Source of the DNA: Sedimentisphaerales bacterium
GTDB taxonomy: Bacteria > Planctomycetota > Phycisphaerae > Sedimentisphaerales > SM23-30
Assembly (NCBI GenBank): GCA_963663965.2
Contig: CAXXFK010000008.1
Span: 1-61,480, forward strand
Reading direction: 5' to 3'
Length of the DNA: 61,480 bases
The position numbers were made by a program, and so were the translations under genes. Below, one piece after another: positions 48,847 through 57,877 of this stretch. The notes beneath the pieces were generated by a model that was not told the origin of the DNA, did no database searches, and worked only from the letters and a program-made list of their open reading frames with translations. The stretch's first letter is position 1, and each line of letters opens with the position of its first letter.

Positions 48847-50673
48847 GTGTATATGATCATCAGATATCTATTAGTTTTAATAACGGTTTGTATCCTGCCG
48901 AATGTTTCTCAGGCGGAAAAAGAACTTTCCCGAAATGAAATTCTGGCCATTTTTCGACATCTGACACAATCTCCCAGTCGCGGGTGGATCAATCAAGGCG
49001 TCATCCAAGCCCGTTATGAACAATATCGGGCGCCGGAGATCACCGATCCCAATAAACTGGAAGCCAGAATTAAACAAACTCAGGAAGCTTACCTGGGAAA
49101 TGAAAATAAAGCGGAACAGGCAGATTTCTGGCAGGAAGCGCGTTATAATGCCATCCCATTTAATATTCGCTATCAATTTGGCAATGAAGTTCGTAACGTA
49201 TCACGCGAGACAGTCTATTTTGATAATGGCCTTTATGTCTGGGATTATCAGGTGCTTTCTCGTGATGAAAGCATCAAACCGCCCCCAGACCAGAATGATA
49301 TGTATGAATTTTTTGACCTCAAAACAAATGGTCACAAAATATATCATTGGGATGGCAAGTATTATACGATTCAGTTCCCTTTGATTAATACCGCTCAGAT
49401 ATTTGAAAATGCCCTGGGGGTCATTCCGGTGGTTCATGGCCCGTTTAATGCAGAAAAAATCGCATGGGGCCAGAAATGGTATAGCTATGAATCCCTGGCT
49501 CAATTGCCTTTTAAAGGCGTCGAACAGGATGGCGACATTGAAATTACGGTTAAATTTAAAGAGGTGGACCGGGTGTTTGTCTTCGATAAAACCCGCGATT
49601 ATGCCCTGTTAAGCGTCGAAGCCTATTATCCTAAAGCAGAGGAAATGGATATTTGTCAATATAGTGATTACCAACTGTTTGATAAAAAATGGGTTCCCGG
49701 CCTGCTGCGTCTGGAATCCTATACCGGCAGTGGCGATAGCTTTAGATTAACGAAATCGGATACCTGGACTTTTGAAAAATATGAACCATTACCGGAAGAT
49801 TATCAATTTTCCGCACGGTTGCCTGCTGATACGTTGGTGCATTATCATCTGGGCAAGGGGAAAAATTTAAGCTACTACCAGAGCTATGGTATGTACGATT
49901 CGATGAGAATGCTGGAATTAAAAAAGGAGTTGAACACGTTGTCTGGACAGGTTGTGTACAATTGCGCTACCTCGTCTGTCCGTTATATGCTGGATCAATT
50001 CAAGGTAACAACGTATTATCAAGATTTGAAAAAACTGATTAATCGGGATAATACCTCGACACTCGATCAAATTTATCGATATTTATATGAAAGACGATAT
50101 TGGGTCAGGCCTGTTCTGGCAGACCTGTCTACCTTGATGGCATTGGATCATTGTCAGATTCTAATCAATTTTCCTGAAAATCATTTTTGTGTTCTGGGTG
50201 AATGTGATGACAACTACGTCCGATTGATTGATTTTCAACGCGATCATTTTTACTATCGTATCGATCGTCAACAATTTGAGCAGCAATGGAAACTGGGCGC
50301 GGCGTTGATCGTCGCTACTCAGGAGGTCGATATCCCCGATACGGTTCAATTACTCAATGAGTCCCAGATGAAATCGATTTATGGCGCCCAGGGGTATGCC
50401 TGCACCGGGTTATTGCAATCGTATACCGTATCGTTATGTCCTCCCATATGGCATGGACGTTCCAGCGGAAATTATCAGATTACTTACGAACGCTGGTATT
50501 GTCAACCGGCGGCTTCCGGGATCTGCCTCGAAGAAAACTATCCCATCTCATCCTGGTGTGAGTGCCTGTGTAATTATTTGGATCCCGATCAATGCAGTAT
50601 CACAGGAAAATGGGATACGGTATATAGATCCAGTATCACTATCGATAATATCACATACACGATCTGTCGTTAG
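48847..50673 (+). CDS. Secreted protein with C39-like cysteine peptidase domain, internal double-glycine-type leader motif and Cys-rich C-terminal peptide
   Basis: Signal peptide (VSQA-E); putative triad NCATSS (Cys codon 49963), NHFCVL (His 50182), LIDF (Asp 50230); FEQQWK helix; then LNESQMKSIYGA and a 94-aa tail with 9 Cys. The start may be the ATG at 48853. Confidence 0.7.
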   Translation: MYMIIRYLLVLITVCILPNVSQAEKELSRNEILAIFRHLTQSPSRGWINQGVIQARYEQYRAPEITDPNKLEARIKQTQEAYLGNENKAEQADFWQEARYNAIPFNIRYQFGNEVRNVSRETVYFDNGLYVWDYQVLSRDESIKPPPDQNDMYEFFDLKTNGHKIYHWDGKYYTIQFPLINTAQIFENALGVIPVVHGPFNAEKIAWGQKWYSYESLAQLPFKGVEQDGDIEITVKFKEVDRVFVFDKTRDYALLSVEAYYPKAEEMDICQYSDYQLFDKKWVPGLLRLESYTGSGDSFRLTKSDTWTFEKYEPLPEDYQFSARLPADTLVHYHLGKGKNLSYYQSYGMYDSMRMLELKKELNTLSGQVVYNCATSSVRYMLDQFKVTTYYQDLKKLINRDNTSTLDQIYRYLYERRYWVRPVLADLSTLMALDHCQILINFPENHFCVLGECDDNYVRLIDFQRDHFYYRIDRQQFEQQWKLGAALIVATQEVDIPDTVQLLNESQMKSIYGAQGYACTGLLQSYTVSLCPPIWHGRSSGNYQITYERWYCQPAASGICLEENYPISSWCECLCNYLDPDQCSITGKWDTVYRSSITIDNITYTICR

Positions 50674-50904
50674 ATTCCCGGCGCACCATCTTTTCCCCAC
50701 AGTATTTTTAAAGCTTTGGCTGATAATTGGTTATATACGCTCGCTCTACAATATTGACTTTCAGGCTGGGAATTGGTATCATACGGTTTACTGTATGGAC
50801 AGTTTTTCATACTGTATAGGGGGACGGTAATGTCCTTTTTGTCAATTTGTTACTGTTCATTTTTTCCAATCAGACTTCCCCTTTCAGACTTTTTTTGACT
50901 CAGT

Positions 50905-51756
50905 ATGATACTTCGACAATCCAGGCGGGGCTTTGGCCTGTTTGAACTTGTGCTGGTTCTGATAATACTGGCTGTTCTATTTACGGTCATTGTTACCGCG
51001 ATGGATACATTACGCCAGAATGGTCAGACTACATCCTGCATCAACCAGATCAGACGAATTGCCGACAGTATGTCCCAATATGATCAGAATTATAGTTCGT
51101 TTCCCTGGGCTTTTAATGATGATGCCTCCTTTCTGATTGCCGGCAAACCTCCGGGAGGTTTTCTGGGAAATGCTTCCTATGATCGTATGGGGTGGTGGTG
51201 GCAGAATTTTCTCTCCCCTTATAGCGGAGTCGATGATTTCTATGAAGATAGCATTTTTCGATGTCCATCCCGTAATATTGTTGAAAATAACCTGAAAAAT
51301 CCTCTCTGGGGCAATTACGGGGTTAACCAGATGATCTGTAAATCTGCCCTGGAACCCGGCAACCGGGCTCATCTGGCTGGGAATCCTCTGGGGAGTCAAT
51401 TACTGCCGGCGCCGGCCCGTCTGGTCCTGATGGCGGATTGCGGTTATAATATGATCAATTGGGCTCATGTAACCAATAAGCCGCCTTATGAATTCGGCAA
51501 TCTTATCGAAGATCAGGCTTATCTGCCCGGTTTGATTATTTCGGATTACGAAACCGGATCCGTTTCTCCCAAAAAATTTCCCCAGTTTGTTAATGATGTG
51601 TCTGGCAGGCATGAGAATCAGAAAATCAATATTCTGTATGGCGATGGTCATGTCAAAACCGAACCTGCGGAATCTCTGAGAGTGACCTGGAAAGATGGAG
51701 TCTATGACCGGTTGGAAGCCTGGGTAGCGGATCCGGCCCGTCCGAAAGGGCGCTAA
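50905..51756 (+). CDS. Prepilin-type N-terminal cleavage/methylation protein with H-X9-DG-like motif (planctomycete pseudopilin)
   Basis: RRGFGLFELVLVLIILAVL; CINQIRRI; FRCPS; NYGVN; RHENQKINILYGDGHV (H-X10-DG). Confidence 0.88.
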   Translation: MILRQSRRGFGLFELVLVLIILAVLFTVIVTAMDTLRQNGQTTSCINQIRRIADSMSQYDQNYSSFPWAFNDDASFLIAGKPPGGFLGNASYDRMGWWWQNFLSPYSGVDDFYEDSIFRCPSRNIVENNLKNPLWGNYGVNQMICKSALEPGNRAHLAGNPLGSQLLPAPARLVLMADCGYNMINWAHVTNKPPYEFGNLIEDQAYLPGLIISDYETGSVSPKKFPQFVNDVSGRHENQKINILYGDGHVKTEPAESLRVTWKDGVYDRLEAWVADPARPKGR

Positions 51757-51765
51757 TCATGATTG

Positions 51766-53379
51766 CTAGGGTGTTAAGTCATCTTTGAATCCCAGCGCTT
51801 CGATACGAGCCTGGAATTCGTTTTCCGTCAGTTGGGTTAGAACCAGATATTCTTTCATGCGATAATGATTGATTGCTGAGGCGCGAAAATAGTATTCATA
51901 GCGTATCGGGACCTGAGAGTATTTATCCAGGTAAATCCGGTATTTATAAGCAGATGAACCCGTTTGGTCCAGCGGAATCGTCATTTCAAAGACGTCGGTC
52001 TGGTTGTCTGTCTGTTCGATTCGGATGATATCCGCGTTATATTGATGGGCGATCCGGGCAAAGTCCCGTTCAAAACCGGCGCAGTCATTCATTTGTGCGC
52101 GAAACAAGCGGAGGTCATCTTCTTTGATCTGGGAAATGACAGTTGCCTGATTCTTTGGTAAGGTGACAACTTGTCTGTTTTTCAGATCCCGGTATAACCG
52201 TTCATTCTGATTTATGATATAATAACAGTCATGTACGCGATCGATTAGAGTCTCTTCGGTGAGAGTGCCCAGTTCTGCGTCAAAATGTTCAACTTTTAAT
52301 AGTGGCAGCGTATTGATAATCCGGTTAATCTCATCCGGATTAATAGCGCGCACATCCTGATTCATGAAAATAGTAAAGCCGAATATCACCGCTGCCGCCG
52401 CAGCCGTAGTCATACCCAGTAACCAGCCACGTCGGGTGATAGCTGCCTGGGAGGGTGATGGTTGACGGTTCGGTTTTCTTGGTTCTTTCGGTTCCGGCTC
52501 AATAAATTCAATTTCCAGCGGTGGAGAGTCCAACCGGTCATGTCGCGCCAGCCGGCTGACGGTGATTTTCGGGGAGTCATTGTCTTTGAAGAAATTAAAT
52601 AATTCCAGATACAATAATTGTAATCGGGAATAGCATGCCGGACAATGGGCAAGATGCCGGACATTGTCCGCAGGAACATCAGATTTCGCTTCAGAAAAAT
52701 CATCAGGTAAAATTAAATCAAACAGTTGTGAGTCATTGAAACATTCAGTTGACAACGTGTTAGCGTGAACCAGTTTGAGACGATTCTTCTCCAGAAATTC
52801 AAATAAACTTTGAAAACAATCCGGACAATGCATGGTATGTATCAGGATTTCCGGTTTTAACGGCAGAAAATCCTGGCTGTTCATTGAGTGGATGATTTGC
52901 TTCAAGTCGGCGCAGGCAACCGGTTTATGGCGGTGACTCGGCGCGCCAGCCAACAGTTGATTCAGATGCTGAAGTTGCCCGATCGAAAAGTTTCTCAGGC
53001 GCAACCAGCTTAAACGATCCCGGCAATGTTTGCATTTTTCGATATGGGCGGTAATGGGGGTCTGAATCCGCATGGCCAGTTGCGGCAATAGCAGGGATGG
53101 CATGAAAAAGCGAACAATCCGGCAGTCGACCGGCTTGTTCAGATAGCCGTAATGCATTTGCACCGAACGTATCCATTGATTGTTTTGTGGATAGCCGTTA
53201 CTGCGCGGAATAGTATGGCCGACGATGTTGGCGATTCGTTGCGATTTATGACGGCATTCAAGACAGCGCTCGATATGGTCACATACCGGCTCCGGAACGT
53301 GACCCCGATCGATCGGATTATAATAATCCAGATAATAGGGTTGTGCTTCCAGGCACGAAGTCTTAGCAATAGGTTTCAT
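51766..53379 (-). CDS. Putative membrane anti-sigma factor with four tandem zf-HC2-like repeats and a periplasmic beta-rich domain
   Basis: HIERCLEC, HIEKCKHC, HTMHCPDC, HLAHCPAC, each preceded by an upstream Cys; single TM; start overlaps the ECF sigma 3' end. Confidence 0.75.
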   Translation of the reverse strand: MKPIAKTSCLEAQPYYLDYYNPIDRGHVPEPVCDHIERCLECRHKSQRIANIVGHTIPRSNGYPQNNQWIRSVQMHYGYLNKPVDCRIVRFFMPSLLLPQLAMRIQTPITAHIEKCKHCRDRLSWLRLRNFSIGQLQHLNQLLAGAPSHRHKPVACADLKQIIHSMNSQDFLPLKPEILIHTMHCPDCFQSLFEFLEKNRLKLVHANTLSTECFNDSQLFDLILPDDFSEAKSDVPADNVRHLAHCPACYSRLQLLYLELFNFFKDNDSPKITVSRLARHDRLDSPPLEIEFIEPEPKEPRKPNRQPSPSQAAITRRGWLLGMTTAAAAAVIFGFTIFMNQDVRAINPDEINRIINTLPLLKVEHFDAELGTLTEETLIDRVHDCYYIINQNERLYRDLKNRQVVTLPKNQATVISQIKEDDLRLFRAQMNDCAGFERDFARIAHQYNADIIRIEQTDNQTDVFEMTIPLDQTGSSAYKYRIYLDKYSQVPIRYEYYFRASAINHYRMKEYLVLTQLTENEFQARIEALGFKDDLTP

Positions 53380-53935
53380 CCAGACAATCGCCTCCCGGTT
53401 CGATGATTTCCCTGATTTTTCGCAGCCCTAACGAAATATATTTTGAAACGGTAGCCCGGCTTACTCCCATGCTCTGGGCTATTTTTTTTATATCGTTCTT
53501 ACGGCGGTAGCGCCGGATAATCGCTTCCGATTGACATCTGGGCAAATGGTTTTCCATGTAGGCCAGGATCTGATCGATTTGGCGATTTTCCCGGTCTTGA
53601 TCTTCTTCCTGTTCGAGCGCACAGAAAGTATAATCGTACCGTTTATTTTTAATGTTACAAAAATCATCTAATACCTGGCGATAACGCTGGTCCCGCCGGT
53701 AATAGTCAATGATTTGATTGCTGATGGCCCGGTAGAGATAGGCTTTGATATCGCCTTGGGTTATTTTCAGGGGATTGATGCTGGTCGAAAGAAAAAAATC
53801 CTGGTAGATATCATCGATGTCGGCTGAATGATTAGCCAGCTTTCTGATTACGTAACGAATAAATTCGCCATAATTCTTAAAAAGCTCGTTAGCGTCATAA
53901 TATTGGGGAATTGGGTTACAGGGCGAAGCGATCAC
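53363..53935 (-). CDS. ECF RNA polymerase sigma-70 factor
   Basis: DIDDIYQDFFL, AYLYRAISNQIIDYYRR, LPRCQSEAI, IAQSMGVSRATVSKYISLGLRKIR. Confidence 0.9.
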   Translation of the reverse strand: MIASPCNPIPQYYDANELFKNYGEFIRYVIRKLANHSADIDDIYQDFFLSTSINPLKITQGDIKAYLYRAISNQIIDYYRRDQRYRQVLDDFCNIKNKRYDYTFCALEQEEDQDRENRQIDQILAYMENHLPRCQSEAIIRRYRRKNDIKKIAQSMGVSRATVSKYISLGLRKIREIIEPGGDCLDETYC

Positions 53936-54239
53936 AAGCGGCTTTCCTTAATTCAAGATTAGTGCGTATTATAATTGATTGATGAGTGATTTTCAAGTTT
54001 CTCCTGAGATATTATCGCCACAATATCCTCTGAGACTCTAAATTTTATATTATGTCAGATAGCCCGCACAGGCTATTTTCTCATTCATGGCAGTAATCAT
54101 ATTTGAAAGAATAAACTGACCGGCTCTGGGTGATTGATCGTATTTGAAATACCTCGACCTATAATCGGTATAATTCATATAAATGCTACAATGAGTAGAT
54201 GATATGTAAATTGTTGTATGACAATGAGATACGACTTAA

Positions 54240-54280
54240 TTGTTCCAGGGGTTATTTTATTTGTTCCAGGCATTTATTTT
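54240..54280. repeat. Direct repeat ttgttccagg..ttatttt with 21-bp period in a divergent intergenic region
   Basis: ttgttccagg at 54240-54249 and 54261-54270, each followed by ttatttt. Confidence 0.55.
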
Positions 54281-54332
54281 GCACACTTTTCCAGTACAAT
54301 TTAATAATAGACCTTCCTGAAGAGGAAAGAAA

Positions 54333-54692
54333 ATGTGGCGAATTAAAACAGCAATATTCATAATTAGCCTGGCATCGATTTTTTTATTATCGACCGGTTG
54401 CCAGAAACCGGATCCGGATCTGCGTTGGATAGAACAAAATTTCTGTAATCGTCCCTCTCCCTTAAACCCATATCTGATATTGGGCAGTCCTTATTCTGCC
54501 TGGGATTCTCAGCAATTTTCCCGTTATGACTGGCCTAGCTCTCCTGAAGCAACAAAATATGTAACTACCACTGAAACAACATATTATGGTAATTATACTC
54601 GTGATTTCCAGATTAATACCCCATCAGGGCGGCCCAGTAATTACTTCCGTAGTGAATCCAGAGGGTATCAATTGCATCAATATCGGCGGTAA
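54333..54692 (+). CDS. Small hypothetical lipoprotein
   Basis: RBS gagga; hydrophobic signal ending LSTG-C; mature part rich in Y/S/T/P. Confidence 0.65.
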   Translation: MWRIKTAIFIISLASIFLLSTGCQKPDPDLRWIEQNFCNRPSPLNPYLILGSPYSAWDSQQFSRYDWPSSPEATKYVTTTETTYYGNYTRDFQINTPSGRPSNYFRSESRGYQLHQYRR

Positions 54693-54985
54693 ATATGGCA
54701 TATCCTTTTATTGTATAAATATTTAAGTTATTTTCTGATTTGGCCGATGGTTTGGTTAAGATTTGTCCCTGATTTTTTTGATTTTTCGCTTGCGATGTTT
54801 TGCGAAAAAATTTATAAAAAACTTGAATTCAGGAAGTCTTTGATATATACTGAATTACGAATAGCGAGCGCGTTGTAAACGGATTTACGCGGGGCAAAAG
54901 TGTTGTGTTCTATAATTTGAAATGAGTATTCGGGAAGGTTGAAAGGTATGACCTTTAATTCCCGGGTCAATGGAGAAATGTCATA

Positions 54986-55348
54986 ATGGCTACCATAACG
55001 AAAAAAGAACTGATCGATCGCATTTCAGAACAGACCGGAACAAAACGCGTAATTGTAAAGCGCATTATCCAGGCTTTCCTCGATGATATTATCAATGAGC
55101 TGGGTAAGGATAATCGCTTGGAGTTTCGTGATTTTGGTGTTTTCGAAACCAAACATCGTGCGGCTCGAATAGCGCAAAATCCCAAGACGCTCGAACGGGT
55201 GCATGTAGAACCCAAGCGCACCGTTAAGTTTAAGGTTGGACGCTTGATGAAACAACGCCTGCTGGATTATGATAATCAAAACGAAAGCGTCGAATCTCCC
55301 GCGCAATCCGCTTCTCCGGCGCCACAGGAGCCACCGCAGCACTTCTGA
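54986..55348 (+). CDS. HU/IHF family DNA-binding protein
   Basis: TKKELIDRI, LEFRDFGVF, RIAQNPKT, TVKFKVG; RBS ggag; acidic, Pro-rich C-terminal tail. Confidence 0.95.
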   Translation: MATITKKELIDRISEQTGTKRVIVKRIIQAFLDDIINELGKDNRLEFRDFGVFETKHRAARIAQNPKTLERVHVEPKRTVKFKVGRLMKQRLLDYDNQNESVESPAQSASPAPQEPPQHF

Positions 55349-55385
55349 ACTTGTGCTGCCAGTGGCCTTGTCCTTTAACAACTGA

Positions 55386-55433
55386 AAACCGTGTCAGTTA
55401 GCCCTCAAGGCTTTCTGGAGCGGTTTATTTTTT
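55386..55433 (+). terminator. Possible terminator after the HU/IHF gene
   Basis: Imperfect long stem aaaccg...cggttt followed by a T-run. Confidence 0.4.
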
Positions 55434-55721
55434 GCGCATTGTTTTCCTGGCAATGGATTTATCGTCCGTTAAAACCATGGTTTACAGTATTGTAATATCT
55501 TAAAACGGATACGCAAATGGATCGGTTCTTCCGGTAAATAATTTGTTTGAGGAGTTTCCCGAATCGTAATGTTGAAGTCGCTTTTGTTGTTTTATGGTTA
55601 GTACGGTGTTTTGAAAATGAGTTACAGGACGGTGCAAAAAAGTTGTTAAAAAAATCACGGCTATAAATACACCATAAGCATATACTTAGAAAAAACCTGT
55701 CTTTTTGCCGAAAAGGAGGGA

Positions 55722-55749
55722 TTGACTTTGTTAGAATATAAGCTAAATT
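55722..55749 (+). promoter_or_regulatory. Possible sigma70 promoter of the cold-shock gene
   Basis: TTGACT-16 nt-TAAATT about 100 nt upstream of the ATG, consistent with the long 5'UTRs typical of csp genes. Confidence 0.35.
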
Positions 55750-55845
55750 ATTTGTATAGCGTTAGAGAGCGACACTTTACATTCCTTAGTGAGTTACATT
55801 TAGAGCTGTGACTTCCACAAAATCTACTTAACCGAGGGCCATCCC

Positions 55846-56049
55846 ATGCAGGAAGGTACAATAAAGTGGTTCAATCCGGAAAAAGGCATTGGTTTTATTA
55901 CCCCTACCAATGATGGTCCGGATGTGTTTTTGCATCATAGCCAGATCGTCGACAAAGAAAACGGTTTGCCCGCCGAAGGCGATCATGTTGTTTTCGATAT
56001 TTTACGCGGCGAGATGGGTCCCAAGGCTGCTCGCGTCATTCGAAGCTGA
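55846..56049 (+). CDS. csp: Cold-shock domain protein
   Basis: GTIKWFNPEKGIGFI (RNP1), DVFLHHSQI (RNP2), GPKAARV; 67 aa. Confidence 0.95.
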   Translation: MQEGTIKWFNPEKGIGFITPTNDGPDVFLHHSQIVDKENGLPAEGDHVVFDILRGEMGPKAARVIRS

Positions 56050-56250
56050 ATAAGATACTTCCGAATGAGCCAGAATCCGTATTTGGGGTTCTGAATTTCC
56101 AAATTATCACAAAAATCAGACAAAAATCTGAAGTGTCTGGTTTTTTGTTTGATTTTTTCCTGAAGGACTGTAGAATTATAAATTCTTTGCTTTTTGACAA
56201 TTAAGTGATATGAAACGCAAGTTTAAAACTTGCTCCCGATAAAATAAGAT

Positions 56251-56324
<74 letters not shown>

Positions 56325-56327
56325 GTT

Positions 56328-56372
56328 AAAAAAAGGCAGTTGCAAACCATTAATATGCAACTGCCTTTTTTA
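56328..56372. terminator. Bidirectional terminator between the tRNA and the sulfatase
   Basis: aaaaaaaggcagttgca ... tgcaactgcctttttt, a perfect inverted repeat with A/T tails. Confidence 0.88.
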
Positions 56373-56381
56373 ATTCGCTGA

Positions 56382-57854
56382 CTAAAGTATCAGATTTTGA
56401 AGCAGGCTGCTTAGCTCTGCCACCACGCTGCTGTTTTCTGGTTGTCCGGCTACATTATTATTCTCATCCGGATCGATCTGGTGATCGTATAGCATTTTGC
56501 TGCCGTTGCTCCATTCGGTATAAAGGTAACGATCCGTCTTGACAGCCCGGCCGGTTCCCCATTCACTGTAGGCGGCCGGCTTTCCGGATTGAAGTGGGTT
56601 TTGCATCAGGGGCACCAGGCTCTCGCCGGCCAGCGTGTGCGAATCTGGGCCCGGCAGCCCGGTCAGGGCGCATAACGTGGGATAAACATCGACAAATTCC
56701 ACCAGGGAATGGGTGCGTAACGGCCCCCGAAATCCGGGAGCCCGGATCAGCAATGGCACTTGCAGGGCATTGTTCAGGGTGTTGTGTTTACCCCAGAAGT
56801 TATGTTCACCCAGATGCCAGCCATGGTCGCCCCATAATACTACGATGGTATTCTGATCCAGTCCCAGGGATTTCAGTTCATCCAATATCCGGCCGATCAT
56901 GGTGTCGACATAGGTTACGCAGGCATAATAGGCGTGACGTGCCTGCCGGTGAAAAGCATCCTGGTTGGGCCAGCCTTCGATTTTGGTATATTGCTTGATT
57001 TCAGTGGAATTGGTACAACCACTGGGCTTATTCAGTGGCGCATAGCGATTATCCGCCAGGTCAATTGCCTCGGGATCATACCTATCGTAATATTTTTTGG
57101 GGGCATTAAAGGGCAAATGTGGCCGCGAGAAACCGCAGGCCAGGAAGAACGGTTTATCCATCGCCCGCAACCGACGCAGATCCTGAATGGTTTTCATGGC
57201 AATCTTGCCATCTTCATAGGCGTCATCCGGCACATCCGGGCATTCGAAATAGGGGCCCCGGCCATTGGAACCGACATACTGTTTAGATGCCGGATCGAGC
57301 CAGAGCTTGTCGAAATTATAAGCGGCCCAATCGCCGTTCCCATCGGTATCATAATCGTAGGGCCGCCAGGGAGTTTCGCTCCACCCATTGGCGCTGTCAG
57401 CGACAAAATGGTAGATTTTGCCATTGCCCAGTGTGTGATACCCGTGTGCCTTGAAATGAGCCGGCAGCGTGGTCGCCTGCGGGGCATCCTGATCGGCGCG
57501 TGATCCAGCGGCCGTAAAACGGCCCCGGGAATGATCGGGACGAATCCCGGTCAGGATACTGGCGCGCGAGGCCCCGCATACCGGCACCTGGCAGTAGGCC
57601 CGTTCGAAAAGAATCCCATCCGCCGCCAGTTGGTCGATCCGGGGCGATAACGTCTGGGTATGGCCATAGCATCCCAGTTGAATACGCAGGTCATCCACCG
57701 CGATAAACAGGATATTGGGTTTGCTTCCCTTCTTAACGGTCAAAGCTGGATTGGTAAACAGGGTCTGGGCCCCGATACTGCCAGCCACTAAGCCTCCGGC
57801 CCCCAGGGCGGTTTTCTTAATAAACTGGCGGCGGCTGATAGTATGATCAGACAT
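56382..57854 (-). CDS. Tat-exported formylglycine-dependent sulfatase (iduronate-2-sulfatase-like)
   Basis: ATG at 57854 with RBS ggag; SRRQFIK Tat motif; PNILFIAVDDLR; CGASRASILTG; GKIYH; RPHLPF; GDHGWHLGEH..WGKH. Confidence 0.92.
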   Translation of the reverse strand: MSDHTISRRQFIKKTALGAGGLVAGSIGAQTLFTNPALTVKKGSKPNILFIAVDDLRIQLGCYGHTQTLSPRIDQLAADGILFERAYCQVPVCGASRASILTGIRPDHSRGRFTAAGSRADQDAPQATTLPAHFKAHGYHTLGNGKIYHFVADSANGWSETPWRPYDYDTDGNGDWAAYNFDKLWLDPASKQYVGSNGRGPYFECPDVPDDAYEDGKIAMKTIQDLRRLRAMDKPFFLACGFSRPHLPFNAPKKYYDRYDPEAIDLADNRYAPLNKPSGCTNSTEIKQYTKIEGWPNQDAFHRQARHAYYACVTYVDTMIGRILDELKSLGLDQNTIVVLWGDHGWHLGEHNFWGKHNTLNNALQVPLLIRAPGFRGPLRTHSLVEFVDVYPTLCALTGLPGPDSHTLAGESLVPLMQNPLQSGKPAAYSEWGTGRAVKTDRYLYTEWSNGSKMLYDHQIDPDENNNVAGQPENSSVVAELSSLLQNLIL

Positions 57855-57877
57855 GATGATATCTCCCAAATGGTAAA

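Noticed and set aside
52390..52440. Tat signal TRRGWL in the anti-sigma protein
   Set aside because: It lies about 315 aa into the protein; it is better explained as positive-inside residues before the TM helix.
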